From a virus (Duplodnaviria > Caudoviricetes), in the IMG/VR virus record IMGVR_UViG_3300037483_001825, positions 1-62,394 of that record: a stretch of DNA of 62,394 bases. One strand, written 5' to 3'. Below the pieces are notes generated by a model that was given only the letters and a program-made list of their open reading frames with translations, searched no databases and was not told the DNA's origin. This document shows positions 19,752 through 29,950 of this stretch, piece after piece; positions within the stretch are counted from its first letter, which is position 1, and every line of letters starts with the position of its first letter. The position numbers were made by a program, and so were the translations under genes.

Positions 19752-20846
19752 TTATTTTACAATCTTCATTAAATCTTCCTCCCGCTCGTAGGCTTTTAAC
19801 CTCCCGGAAACAATACCTAAACGGTAGTAGATACCTTCACTCATCAAACGCCAGTTAGTGCTCCCTAGAGCAGATTCAATGACCTTTTTTATTGTGTGGG
19901 TGCTGTCATATTCTTCTCGGTCATCTTTGCTGTCGGTGGCACTGAATTCAACGACTACAAACTTGCCCATTTCCGGCTTGTTAAATTCAAGATCAATATA
20001 GCCATTATCAGCGATTGCTTTAGAAATCAGATCTTTAAGCTGATTGAGTTTTAGTTTTTTAAGTTTCTTAGCTTTCTGAAAAATTGGATCTTTTTCCTTT
20101 TTCTCCTGCTCCTTCCATTTTTTGGATAGAGCTACAATGCCATCCAGACTGGCAACGGCTTTCGGTCCCGACTCATCATTTAAGCAAAATTCAGAGCGGT
20201 ACTCTTCCAAAAGCTTGCGCTGTCTTTCTTCTTCCTTTTCCCTCTCAATACGCTTATTTTTAGAATCTATGACATCAACTTCTTTAAATGAACATTTTGG
20301 GCAATAAGTGATAGTGGTAAGCTTCTCTCCTTTTTCTTCGTATTTGGTCTTGAGCTCTACATCGCAGTCTTTGCACTTGGGTCTTTTGAAGTCCCAAGGA
20401 GAGCCATCCTCATAGAAAATTTGTCGTTTCTGGCATTTCAAACACTCAAAAATAAAGGACACCCTCATATTATCGTCGTAGGCATCGTGGAGAGTTTTAT
20501 CAATGACTTTAGTAGCAGAATCGCATTTGTCGCAGCGTACCCCGTCAGGAGGCGTAGCGTTATCAATTTTTTCTTGGCGCCTCCGATCAGCTTCCATCCA
20601 TTCTGAAATACGTTCTTTTTTGTGACGATATCGATTGATTTTTGTAACGTTAACTGTGTAGCTACAGCACTTGTGCACTTCTTTGTCGAAATCAGTATCA
20701 GGTTCTTTAGTCTTTAACTCCTCCCGATGTTGCTCCATTCCCTTACGCAAACTCCAATACCATTCTAAGCATTCCTCGATGGTGTGGAGGTCGTATCGAT
20801 CAATATATGCCTGTTCTTCTTCTAAATATTTAATGTCGGATAACAT
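19752..20846 (-). CDS. hypothetical protein with two Zn ribbons
   Basis: CDKC/CLKC and CKDC/CPKC pairs. Confidence 0.7.
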   Translation of the reverse strand: MLSDIKYLEEEQAYIDRYDLHTIEECLEWYWSLRKGMEQHREELKTKEPDTDFDKEVHKCCSYTVNVTKINRYRHKKERISEWMEADRRRQEKIDNATPPDGVRCDKCDSATKVIDKTLHDAYDDNMRVSFIFECLKCQKRQIFYEDGSPWDFKRPKCKDCDVELKTKYEEKGEKLTTITYCPKCSFKEVDVIDSKNKRIEREKEEERQRKLLEEYRSEFCLNDESGPKAVASLDGIVALSKKWKEQEKKEKDPIFQKAKKLKKLKLNQLKDLISKAIADNGYIDLEFNKPEMGKFVVVEFSATDSKDDREEYDSTHTIKKVIESALGSTNWRLMSEGIYYRLGIVSGRLKAYEREEDLMKIVK

Positions 20847-20873
20847 ATGCTACTTTCTGGGCAGCACAACTTA

Positions 20874-21026
20874 TTAACTTCTCTCACTTTCTAGATCATC
20901 CAATAAACCCTCGGCATCTTCTAGTTCACCACTCTCAATGAGATCTGCAATCTCGTCCCGCTCTTCATCGAAAGTTACATCTTCTAAATCTTCAAGTCTT
21001 GACTCTAAATCGTCACGATTACTCAT
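20874..21026 (-). CDS. 50-aa highly acidic protein (DNA-mimic candidate)
   Basis: Read manually: MSNRDDLESRLEDLEDVTFDEERDEIADLIESGELEDAEGLLDDLESERS; overlaps DUF2779 stop. Confidence 0.6.
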   Translation of the reverse strand: MSNRDDLESRLEDLEDVTFDEERDEIADLIESGELEDAEGLLDDLESERS

Positions 21027-22527
21027 AAGCAATTTTTCTTAGTACTTCCAATATCCTGACCATAGCAAAAGTGTCGAGGGTACAATACTTACTTAAGTCC
21101 TCCATAATCTGTGGTCTTTTATCTAGGTGTTTGCCTTCTAGAACAGCCTGCGTCCACATTCTTCTTGCAAGGAGGCCATTCCCAACATTTAGTTCTTTGT
21201 AGCTCAACTCGGAAGCCAGGACTGGCATTACCCTCTTTACAGAAGCACTACCAAAGAAATCTTTGTGGAAATACCACATCTCCGAAAACGGTGTCATTAG
21301 GTCATCAATTCGCTCGTTAAGCTCAGCCAGAAACTCTGCATGTTCAGGATATAGAGCAACCATGCGATCATTACAACCTTTTTCGTAGCTCATGTTCCAA
21401 GTAAGAACCGTTCCCTCATTGCCGATATTTTGCTTGAGTTGCTTTAGTAGACCTGGCATTGGATTAGAATTTTCTGCGTGCAGATATTCATAGTGCTCAA
21501 GCTCAGCATCTGGAGTACGAAGTACATGCAACGAGTATTGGAATGGATAATCTTTATAAGGGCTCATGCCATCAAAAAATGGAATCACCGATGACAGGGT
21601 TTCATAATCGAAGAAGTAGAGCGGGTATTGCAAATCTTCTAGAAATTCTCTGATCTTTTCTTTATCTACAATTGGCTTATCTTCTCTAGTGGTTTTTATT
21701 TGAGCAAATTGTTTTGGTCTTAAAACAAGTTCATCTGGGACGTCAGCTATTCGAGTAATACCAGCATCCTCCAATTTTCCAATTTGTTCACTACTTGGAT
21801 AACTCAATTCATAAACATTGTATGGGTCACCATTTGGTTTGAGAGTTTTATAAATTGTCAGCCATTCTTGAAACCACTGAGAGACACCGGGGACACCAAC
21901 TCTATTAACATGACGAAGTGAAATATCTGGGATCTCTTGTTTGTTTAAAACTGCCTGAGCTATGGCCACTTGTTCTTCTGTGATATTTTTGAGCGCGCGA
22001 ACCTTTTCTGATATATCAGTTTGGCTACAAATGATGTTGGGGTCAATCTCGCCATTTCTCTCATATTCTTTGTTGGCATGTATAACCAAGATATTTCTTA
22101 CAGAATAACCAGATTTTTCTAGAACCAAAAGCTGGAATGCTAAGTCGTATTCATGTTCTGGTTTTGCCTTGGTGCTGGCTTTTATTTCAATTAAGTCGAA
22201 TTCTTTTTCTCCAACTTTTTTTAGAATATCAAAAATACAAGTTAAACCATCGACTTCCAATCGACCTTGAAAAATAGTTTGAGTGCCTTTGCTAATTTCT
22301 TGAAGAGTTTTTCCTGTAAGTGCTAGGTATTCATCAAAATTGTTAAATCCTATCCTGATCGCATCGGGAAATAGTTTTTCTACGTAGCTTTCAAACTCGT
22401 GTCCTGCATCAAACATGGCTTGCAGGTCGTCATCAATAGGAGGTAATTTGCTCTTGTCGAATTTCTTGAGCCACAACCATGCAGGGTGGCGGAGAAATAA
22501 CATATAGTCTGATTTAGATAGTTGCAT
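21019..22527 (-). CDS. DUF2779-domain protein (PD-(D/E)xK-like N-terminus, RNase H-like C-terminus)
   Basis: LSKSDY, DIL...IEIKAST, DLAFQ, YPLYFFDYET, PFQYSLH, YCTLDT. Confidence 0.85.
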   Translation of the reverse strand: MQLSKSDYMLFLRHPAWLWLKKFDKSKLPPIDDDLQAMFDAGHEFESYVEKLFPDAIRIGFNNFDEYLALTGKTLQEISKGTQTIFQGRLEVDGLTCIFDILKKVGEKEFDLIEIKASTKAKPEHEYDLAFQLLVLEKSGYSVRNILVIHANKEYERNGEIDPNIICSQTDISEKVRALKNITEEQVAIAQAVLNKQEIPDISLRHVNRVGVPGVSQWFQEWLTIYKTLKPNGDPYNVYELSYPSSEQIGKLEDAGITRIADVPDELVLRPKQFAQIKTTREDKPIVDKEKIREFLEDLQYPLYFFDYETLSSVIPFFDGMSPYKDYPFQYSLHVLRTPDAELEHYEYLHAENSNPMPGLLKQLKQNIGNEGTVLTWNMSYEKGCNDRMVALYPEHAEFLAELNERIDDLMTPFSEMWYFHKDFFGSASVKRVMPVLASELSYKELNVGNGLLARRMWTQAVLEGKHLDKRPQIMEDLSKYCTLDTFAMVRILEVLRKIAYE

Positions 22528-22548
22528 AGATAAATTATTTGTTAGTTA

Positions 22549-24492
22549 TTAGACAGCTAAGAAGTGACATTGTTTATACTGATTTTTAATAATATAGAGA
22601 TTCTTTCTTGGCCTTGTTAACATGACATAGAGCTTATTGAGTTCTTGAACATAATCATAAATATGACCAGCAGTTGCCTGAAACGATCTTGTTCCAAAGA
22701 TAGCAAAATGCACTCCATAGTTTGACTTGTGTGGGAGATCTTCAATTTTCTGAACAATAACTTGCTCATATTCCAAGCCTTTAATCTTATGAATATGCTT
22801 TATCTCAAAAGTTAGTTTTTCAGGACTTGAGCGCGTAATATAGGCTAGGAAATTTGCAAGTGTTGGTTCAGTAACAGCATCGATATTGGTTATCTTATCT
22901 GACTCCGAGATCGTGTTAAATATAGATTCCTCTCCATCAGCAACCTCTAGAGTATTATTTAAGCTTGCAACTAGTCGTTCAGTAAAGCCAACGAACTCAT
23001 TAAAGACCGTACTGGCCGGATCAAGTGGCGAAGTTATATTAATAGCATCAACTGTAATGCTTGAAAGTGACTGTGACGGCATATCAACATTTAGCTTATC
23101 TGAGAGAAGCAATCCCATAGAATAAATGAACTTCTCAAGTGATCTTTGATATTTGAGCCTGTTGTTGTAAAAGTGATGTTTTAAAATTAAGTATCTAACA
23201 AACAGTGAAAAGTATTTAAACCCATACCGTTCCTCATAATCCTTGTATAGCTCAGCATATAAACTGAAGCCGTCTCCGTCATTGGTGTTGTCATGAAGCA
23301 TATATTGTTTATATACATCGATTGAGTTGAAGCGGTTGATACCAATACAACAGACTTCTTGATCTAGAAGCTCATTGAACTTCAAATTTACGATCTCGCT
23401 GACGGCTGAAACGGTAGTTTTGACAATTACTTTCCCATCACCACCGTTTCCATGTAGATCTTCAGCAATTTCCAAGTCTTCTAAATATCCAACAATATCC
23501 TTGCTTGGTAACTGTTGAACCATTTGTGAATCTTTGACTTTTCGTAAAACGGAGTTGTAGTTCTTTTTAGCATATTCAAAAACTTCGTCAGAACAACGGT
23601 GGCTTTTGTCTAGCTTAATTTCACACTCATCTCCATCATGTAGTTGTTTAAAGAAGTTGCGCATATCATACATACTTCTAGGGTTTGCTCCAGCGAAGCC
23701 ATAAATAGATTGGTTTGGGTCCCCAACCATAAACCATTTTGTATCAGAATCTTTTTTAATTCGGCTACCACTGAGTGCTTCAATGATTTTGCACTGTATC
23801 TCGGATACATCTTGAAACTCATCAATAAATATCCAATCAATAGACTTATTTAAAACGCGCCTGACAACAGGGTTATTTTGAATAATAAAAAGCGACAATA
23901 ATGGCACTAAATTAAAGTCGATAAGTCTTTGTGAGTTTAGGAAGTTGAGATATTCATTAACAGTATGGGTGTCAACAGAATTACTAGTAATCTTCAATGA
24001 ACCATTAGAAAATTTAAAATTGTAATATATTTTCTCTGTTTTAAGTATTTCTTGGATGTCAGATTCTTTAATTTTCTTATCTATTAAGTAGGCAATAAGA
24101 TCTGTGCCGTGCTCGTTAAAATCAAAGTATTTTTTGTAAACCCTAAATCCGTTTTTTTCGCTTCTATACAAATAAGAAAATGGAGCCAAGACATATTGCA
24201 AACAAAATTTATGGAATGTCAGAAAATCAATTTTTTTCATTTGTTCAGTATCTAATATTAGTGAACAACTTGTTTCCAGATCTTCTACATTCACATTAGT
24301 ATAGGAGATACAACACAACTTATTTAGCCTAGGATCGTCTATCAATAAGTTTTTTATTTTTAGAGTCAAGATAGTTGTCTTTCCACTGCCAGGAAGTGCA
24401 CGGACTAAAGTATCTTTATTACGCTCTAATATCTCTATCTGTTTTGGTGATAGGTCAAAGTCTGTTCCTAGTTTTAGTCTGTAATTAGCCAT
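22549..24492 (-). CDS. gajB: UvrD-like helicase, GajB-like
   Basis: ALPGSGKT, DEFQD, GDPNQSIYGF, HKIKGLEY, LYVMLTR; overlaps OLD nuclease gene. Confidence 0.75.
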   Translation of the reverse strand: MANYRLKLGTDFDLSPKQIEILERNKDTLVRALPGSGKTTILTLKIKNLLIDDPRLNKLCCISYTNVNVEDLETSCSLILDTEQMKKIDFLTFHKFCLQYVLAPFSYLYRSEKNGFRVYKKYFDFNEHGTDLIAYLIDKKIKESDIQEILKTEKIYYNFKFSNGSLKITSNSVDTHTVNEYLNFLNSQRLIDFNLVPLLSLFIIQNNPVVRRVLNKSIDWIFIDEFQDVSEIQCKIIEALSGSRIKKDSDTKWFMVGDPNQSIYGFAGANPRSMYDMRNFFKQLHDGDECEIKLDKSHRCSDEVFEYAKKNYNSVLRKVKDSQMVQQLPSKDIVGYLEDLEIAEDLHGNGGDGKVIVKTTVSAVSEIVNLKFNELLDQEVCCIGINRFNSIDVYKQYMLHDNTNDGDGFSLYAELYKDYEERYGFKYFSLFVRYLILKHHFYNNRLKYQRSLEKFIYSMGLLLSDKLNVDMPSQSLSSITVDAINITSPLDPASTVFNEFVGFTERLVASLNNTLEVADGEESIFNTISESDKITNIDAVTEPTLANFLAYITRSSPEKLTFEIKHIHKIKGLEYEQVIVQKIEDLPHKSNYGVHFAIFGTRSFQATAGHIYDYVQELNKLYVMLTRPRKNLYIIKNQYKQCHFLAV

Positions 24493-26732
24493 GAGATTCC
24501 ATCTTTGATGTACTTGGGCATAATGAACTCAGGCAGATCATTAAAGGGTGTAATACCAATCTCTGGATCTGGAGTACCGCCCCAAGTTTCAATTTCGGTA
24601 CCATCTTTGAGTAATTTTGCCTTCAACAAAGATGATAGATATAAAGATATGGAAGGCTTAGAGACTTCGTGGCCCAGGATGTCATTGAAGAATTGCTCAA
24701 ACTTAGCCTTATCTACTCCGTGATCAGCAATTTCCTGGGCAAAACTATCAATGGCACCTAGTTTCCTTGCAAAGGTATCATCGGTTTTGAAGTAATCTCC
24801 ATCCTTCATAAACCTATACAAAATAAGCTTGAGGTAATCAATGTTGTTTTTGCTTAGGTCATCCGGTATTGGCAAAAAGAAACAATCAATTTCGAAAGTG
24901 TAAATATTTTTCTTTGTATTCAGTTGAGTCGTAGCAACATTGTCTGGGTTAAGCTCATTATATTTTGCCTCATAGTCAGTAACTACTTGTGCATCCAGAT
25001 GAGAATCACCATCTCTAAGATTTAAACACTTATTGTTAAGCCCCATAGCTTGATCATTCTGAAAAAGAGCATTAAACGGATCAAATATTTTCCCACCCAC
25101 CTCAACAACTTCTATGCCTTCACTATCAATATCGACATTACTTTCAGGTCGTTGCTGATTTAACTGGGTGTTAATAATTGTGCCGACTGAGTATTTTTCT
25201 GAGAGCCCTTCAACCAAAACAACTTTCCGTGCAAAAAGCAATGAAGATCTCGTGGCATCCAGGTATTGTTTTACTATTCTTCTGTTGTGGCTGTAAGTAA
25301 CATCGTTAAGCCGTAGGACACTGTCAATGTTTATAGCTTTTGCCTGATTAACCCCTTTTTGCAAAACAACAAGATTCTTCAGATCGGATTTGGAAGCCAA
25401 ATGGGTTGAGTGAGAAGTTTGGATTACTTGGGTGAAAGCAAAAAATTGTTTAGCTTCTTCATCAGTTTCATCCTCAGCTACTGCTTTCATTTCCATTAGT
25501 TTCTGAGTTTTGTTTTCTATTTGTGTATGAAGGTATTTCTGATTCTGAACATCAAGATGTGCTTCTGGCTCTTCAATGAGTAATAGATTGTAGACAATAC
25601 GAACCTTCTCATCCGTATCATTCAAAATAAGCTCTTTCTTCAATTCGAATAGAGCAAAGATTGCAGATATATAAGCAAGGTTTTGATAACCAAGCCCAAT
25701 AGTCTCCATATCCTGATCAGTTTTCAGGTCTTCTTTGAGATTAACTAAGAAGTTGAAATATCGACCGATGTTCTCTAAGGTAACTCTTGGGGTGCCAATA
25801 ATTAAGTCTGCCTTATCTGACAATAAGTTGATGTCTTTGTTTTGTAGTCTTGTCTCTATTTCTTCAAGAATACTGTTAGCTTCAGGAATAGCTCCACTTG
25901 ATCTGAGATTTTTGAAGGCATCTGAAACTTCTTTGGATATTTGGTTGTTATTGCTATTTTTTATGCCACCTCTAATCAACTGGGAAACTAAAGAACGATA
26001 ACCGAAGTAAAAGTCATTTTTGACATCTCTAAGGGCATCTAGTGCGAGCAGATTGATATGTTTTCGAACCTTGTTAGGATAAGACTGCTTTGAGAGCTGT
26101 TTTTCAAAGGGAGCTGTGGGATCAACTCTTAGTGCCTCAATATTGTCTTCCGATAGGTAAAAATACTTATATAGATCTTCTTTGTTTGGGCAAGCATATA
26201 AACCGGAGATAACAGTGTCCCCATACTCCTTAATGCTTCCGTCTGGCAGATAGTAATATCCTGAAGGGTGATATTTCCCGGCCACTAGGAAACTGATGTA
26301 ATCTTCGACCAGATCATAATTACCATCCTTATTCATCGCTGAAGGGGCAAAAACAAATGAGATGTTAGCTTCAAGACTGTCTGTAGATTGAGATGAAGAA
26401 AGAACACTCTCTTCGTTGTAAACGGGGGCTATTGAATGCAATAACGACTGTATTTCTTCTTTATCAGTTACATTACTAAAGGTTATTGTAATAACAATAT
26501 GCTCACCGTTCTTCCAACACTCATCGTCCTTACTCCAGCAAAAATCCTCTTCTGTAAGCCTCTTCTCCCAGGGCGCAATGCTGGAATCTAGAACAAGTCT
26601 GACAGCTTGAAGGAAGTTTGTTTTCCCGGAATTATTCCCACCGATAATCGTCAAAGGACTTCCATCAGGAATAAATAGATCAAACTTTTCAAAGTTGCGA
26701 TAATTTTTGATGTAGACTCTTGATATATACAT
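24474..26732 (-). CDS. gajA: OLD-family ABC ATPase/TOPRIM nuclease, GajA-like
   Basis: GGNNSGKT, GLGYQN, IEEPEAHL, TSHS, TOPRIM LVEGLSE and DGD. Confidence 0.8.
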   Translation of the reverse strand: MYISRVYIKNYRNFEKFDLFIPDGSPLTIIGGNNSGKTNFLQAVRLVLDSSIAPWEKRLTEEDFCWSKDDECWKNGEHIVITITFSNVTDKEEIQSLLHSIAPVYNEESVLSSSQSTDSLEANISFVFAPSAMNKDGNYDLVEDYISFLVAGKYHPSGYYYLPDGSIKEYGDTVISGLYACPNKEDLYKYFYLSEDNIEALRVDPTAPFEKQLSKQSYPNKVRKHINLLALDALRDVKNDFYFGYRSLVSQLIRGGIKNSNNNQISKEVSDAFKNLRSSGAIPEANSILEEIETRLQNKDINLLSDKADLIIGTPRVTLENIGRYFNFLVNLKEDLKTDQDMETIGLGYQNLAYISAIFALFELKKELILNDTDEKVRIVYNLLLIEEPEAHLDVQNQKYLHTQIENKTQKLMEMKAVAEDETDEEAKQFFAFTQVIQTSHSTHLASKSDLKNLVVLQKGVNQAKAINIDSVLRLNDVTYSHNRRIVKQYLDATRSSLLFARKVVLVEGLSEKYSVGTIINTQLNQQRPESNVDIDSEGIEVVEVGGKIFDPFNALFQNDQAMGLNNKCLNLRDGDSHLDAQVVTDYEAKYNELNPDNVATTQLNTKKNIYTFEIDCFFLPIPDDLSKNNIDYLKLILYRFMKDGDYFKTDDTFARKLGAIDSFAQEIADHGVDKAKFEQFFNDILGHEVSKPSISLYLSSLLKAKLLKDGTEIETWGGTPDPEIGITPFNDLPEFIMPKYIKDGISWLITD

Positions 26733-26765
26733 ATTTGTTTAGGTTAAATCAGTTTTTTGCACTGG

Positions 26766-29700
26766 TCATAATGAGTTTTCAATAATAGCAATCTCTTCTG
26801 GTGTTAGCTTGTAAAGTTTGTATACCAATTTGTCGATTTGAGATTCGAGTTCGTCAATTTCAAATTGTTTCGATTTTATAATTTCAGAGCCTTTATTGGT
26901 TGTCGAGAGGATTTCTTTAACATATTCATCAATTTTTCCTGCAATGGAATTGTTCTTTTCGTCAAGTGTTGGTACTGGTAAATTCTCTATTTCGTAGCAA
27001 TTGACATTGCTATTTGTACTTGTTTTTTTAAATATCCAATTCAATAAATACGAGTTGTAGAGACCTAGTAAAAAGAAGATACTGTAATTTTCATCATTGG
27101 AAATGACATAGTTACACGAGTTTGCACAGAATTGTCCCTTCGGTATGATCGTCATTATCAATCTACGTTCGTCATCTACGCCTGTAATTCCCTGCATACC
27201 AATACGCAAAGATTCGTGGTGACGACTTTTTTACTAGATTTGTAATCGTGTAGGTAAGAGTCTACATTCAAGTATTCAACCTCTCCCTGGCTTAATTCGT
27301 CTGTAAGTTTGTATCGTTGAATAGCTGCACCCTTTAGGACTTTTGGTTTGTTGGAATCATTTGAAAAATATTTTTTATGGAAAGTCATGTTAAGCTCGCC
27401 TTCAAGGCAAGAGGCCGGTGCTTTAGGATTATTCCTGTAAATTTTTGTGAACAGTTTCTTGGTATGTTGATCCAACATTGGAATCTGTGCAGAAAAAGGG
27501 TCAAAAGTGAGTATTTCACTTTTCGAATACTCAATCGAGATACTGGAGTCCATGTATTTAGATTCCCAAACATTAAGTCTAAAGTTGTAGTCTTCTTTTT
27601 CAATTTTTCTTGAGATTAAAATGCAAACACTCATTTTTACAGCTTCAAAGACCCGTCGCTTTGCATTATCCCTTTCAGGGAAAGAGTCTACTTGGATAAT
27701 TTGTTGTGTTTCAAAAAAGAATTTTCGCAATAGCTTTGCAGAATTATCCCCAAGGAAAGAGTTTTGAAAGATTTCGCATAAAACGCCACCTTCTTTTTGC
27801 AACTGCGCAGACCGTGCTAAAAACAACTTATATGTATTGAGTTTCCCTCCTCTAGCAATTTTATATAGATCTAGCTTTTTAATGATTTTTATATCATCTT
27901 TTTTATCACCTTGATAAACATCATAAGGAGGATTAGCTATGACAAGATCGAAGCCAGTTGAAATGCCAAACATCCACTCAGGGTCAAACCACGATGTGGA
28001 CTTATGGTTAAATGGTTCCCAACTAGTTAATTTTTGTGTTAACTCAGCTCTAGCAACACCCATGAATCCATGTTCTTTAATCAACTCATCAACCAATCTT
28101 TTTTGAGCAGTCACAAATTCAGTTTTCAGTTGTTCTCTCTCTATTCCGGAAGCGTTAAAGTATTGGTCTCTAATGTTTTTGAGGTCATCAATCTTTTCTC
28201 TGTCATCAAATAAACCGTTTTGTTGACCCGATTTATCAATATCTGGCAGACTGTATAGGGTGTTTGCAGTGACGAATTTAAAATCTAAGTTTGGAAGCGG
28301 TTCAATTCCTCTATTTTCTAGAGAATCATCAACACGTTCGTCAACAACCAAAGTAAGAAAACATCTTAATCTAGAAATCTCTGTAGCAATCGTTTGAATA
28401 TCCACGCCATAAATATTTTCTCTGATTACTCCAAGTTTGCGAATATAGTCAAAATTCTTGTGTGAAAACTCTCTTTCGATGACACGCCTAATTTCAGGAG
28501 AGGTATTTTGTAGTTGTTTTTTGAACCACAATTGTCCATCAGGATCAACCTGTTGCAGAATGAAAACCATTTTTTGTAATGCTCCAATGGGAAAAGCTCC
28601 AGAACCACAAGCAGGGTCTAAGATTTTAATTTTTTCTATAGCGTTAATGATTTTTTGTTTTTCAAGTCTATCTAGAGGGTATTCAGCATCATCATTTAAG
28701 TCATAGGTTACTGCAGCACGAAGCTTGGCCTGCTCAATATTCGTTTTTTCTTGTAAATAAAGAAGTAGGCTTTCATCTATCATAAAGTCAACTATTTCTC
28801 TTGGGGTGTAGTAACTACCAGTACTTTTTCTGATAGACTCGCCTGTTTCTGGATTGATTTCGGCAAGGAGATTTTCGAAAATTCTTCCTAGCATTTCAGG
28901 GTCAATAGACAGTTCCTCGTCAAAACTAGTGTTTTCATCAATAGTAAAGTTATATGTTTCTAAAATTTTGAAAAATGACACAAACCATTCGTCTGGTACA
29001 ACTAAAGTATTATGATAAATTGACTGATCTCCGTTTCTCCGCTTGTAGTAGTCACTCTCATGAGGTGAAAATAGTCCGCCGTTTAGATAGGGAATTAAGG
29101 AATATGGTTTGTCATAATAGGGATCTTTTCGAGACCTTACAGGTTGATTTAGTACTTCAAAAAATATTGGCTCAAGCACTGAATGATAATAATCTGGATG
29201 GTTTTCAATTCCTCTTAACGACACCAACTCATGAGGCATTAGTGAAATATTCGATTCACTTCGTTTTTCTCTCAAAAACCAACAGAATATTATTCTACCG
29301 ATTAGTCTTACAGCAAATTCAGAATTAACTTGACTACCACTAGCCACAGAAGGTAGTTGTAATAATGATTTGTAAGATTTTTTATTCTTACCTGAGCCTA
29401 ATGTGCCACCAACTAATTTGACAAAACTTTCTGATATCTCATTGTAAAATTCTTTATTTACGACTTCCAATGAAAATCTGCTCTTCAAATCCTCAAGATC
29501 ATTAATGAGGCCTTTGCTAATAAGAAACTTTGTTGGTGTATTGACCTTTGCTCTAGGTCCTAGGAAAAAAGAGTATCGCCTGGGGTTTGAGTATGCCAGT
29601 GTAACCTTGCCAGCTTCTGTTCGTTTAGGGTTTGCAGTCATTAGGGAAAATCGCCAATCATCGCTGTCAGGAGAATGAAATACAGCGAGAGCCTGGAAGG

Positions 29701-29950
29701 TGGCACTTTGCTTCATGACTTGAAACGCATCCTTTGCAAGTGCAATGCGTTTGTTAAATGAACCTGAATATTCAAATTCAAAAACATGGAGGTCGAGAGA
29801 TTCACTTCTACCTAGGCTCTGTGCTCTGTTGAAAGATTTGTAGTTGCTAATAGAGATAGGCCTAATGTCGCTTTGAAAGTCCTTGAGGAAAACCTCTTTT
29901 AAGAAGCTGGTAAACTGATCACGATTGTATTTTTCATTTAGATTCATCAT
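26766..29950 (-). pseudogene. type IIG/Eco57I-like restriction-modification enzyme, frameshifted at an A6 run (27227-27232)
   Basis: YLNGGLF, GSYYTP, DPACGSG, NPPY in 27176..29950; TaqI-C-like specificity part continues in 26766..27209 in another frame. Confidence 0.8.

Noticed and set aside
27226-27233. Canonical A_AAA_AAG programmed -1 frameshift
   Set aside because: The heptamer is not in X_XXY_YYZ phase with the upstream frame; an indel is more likely
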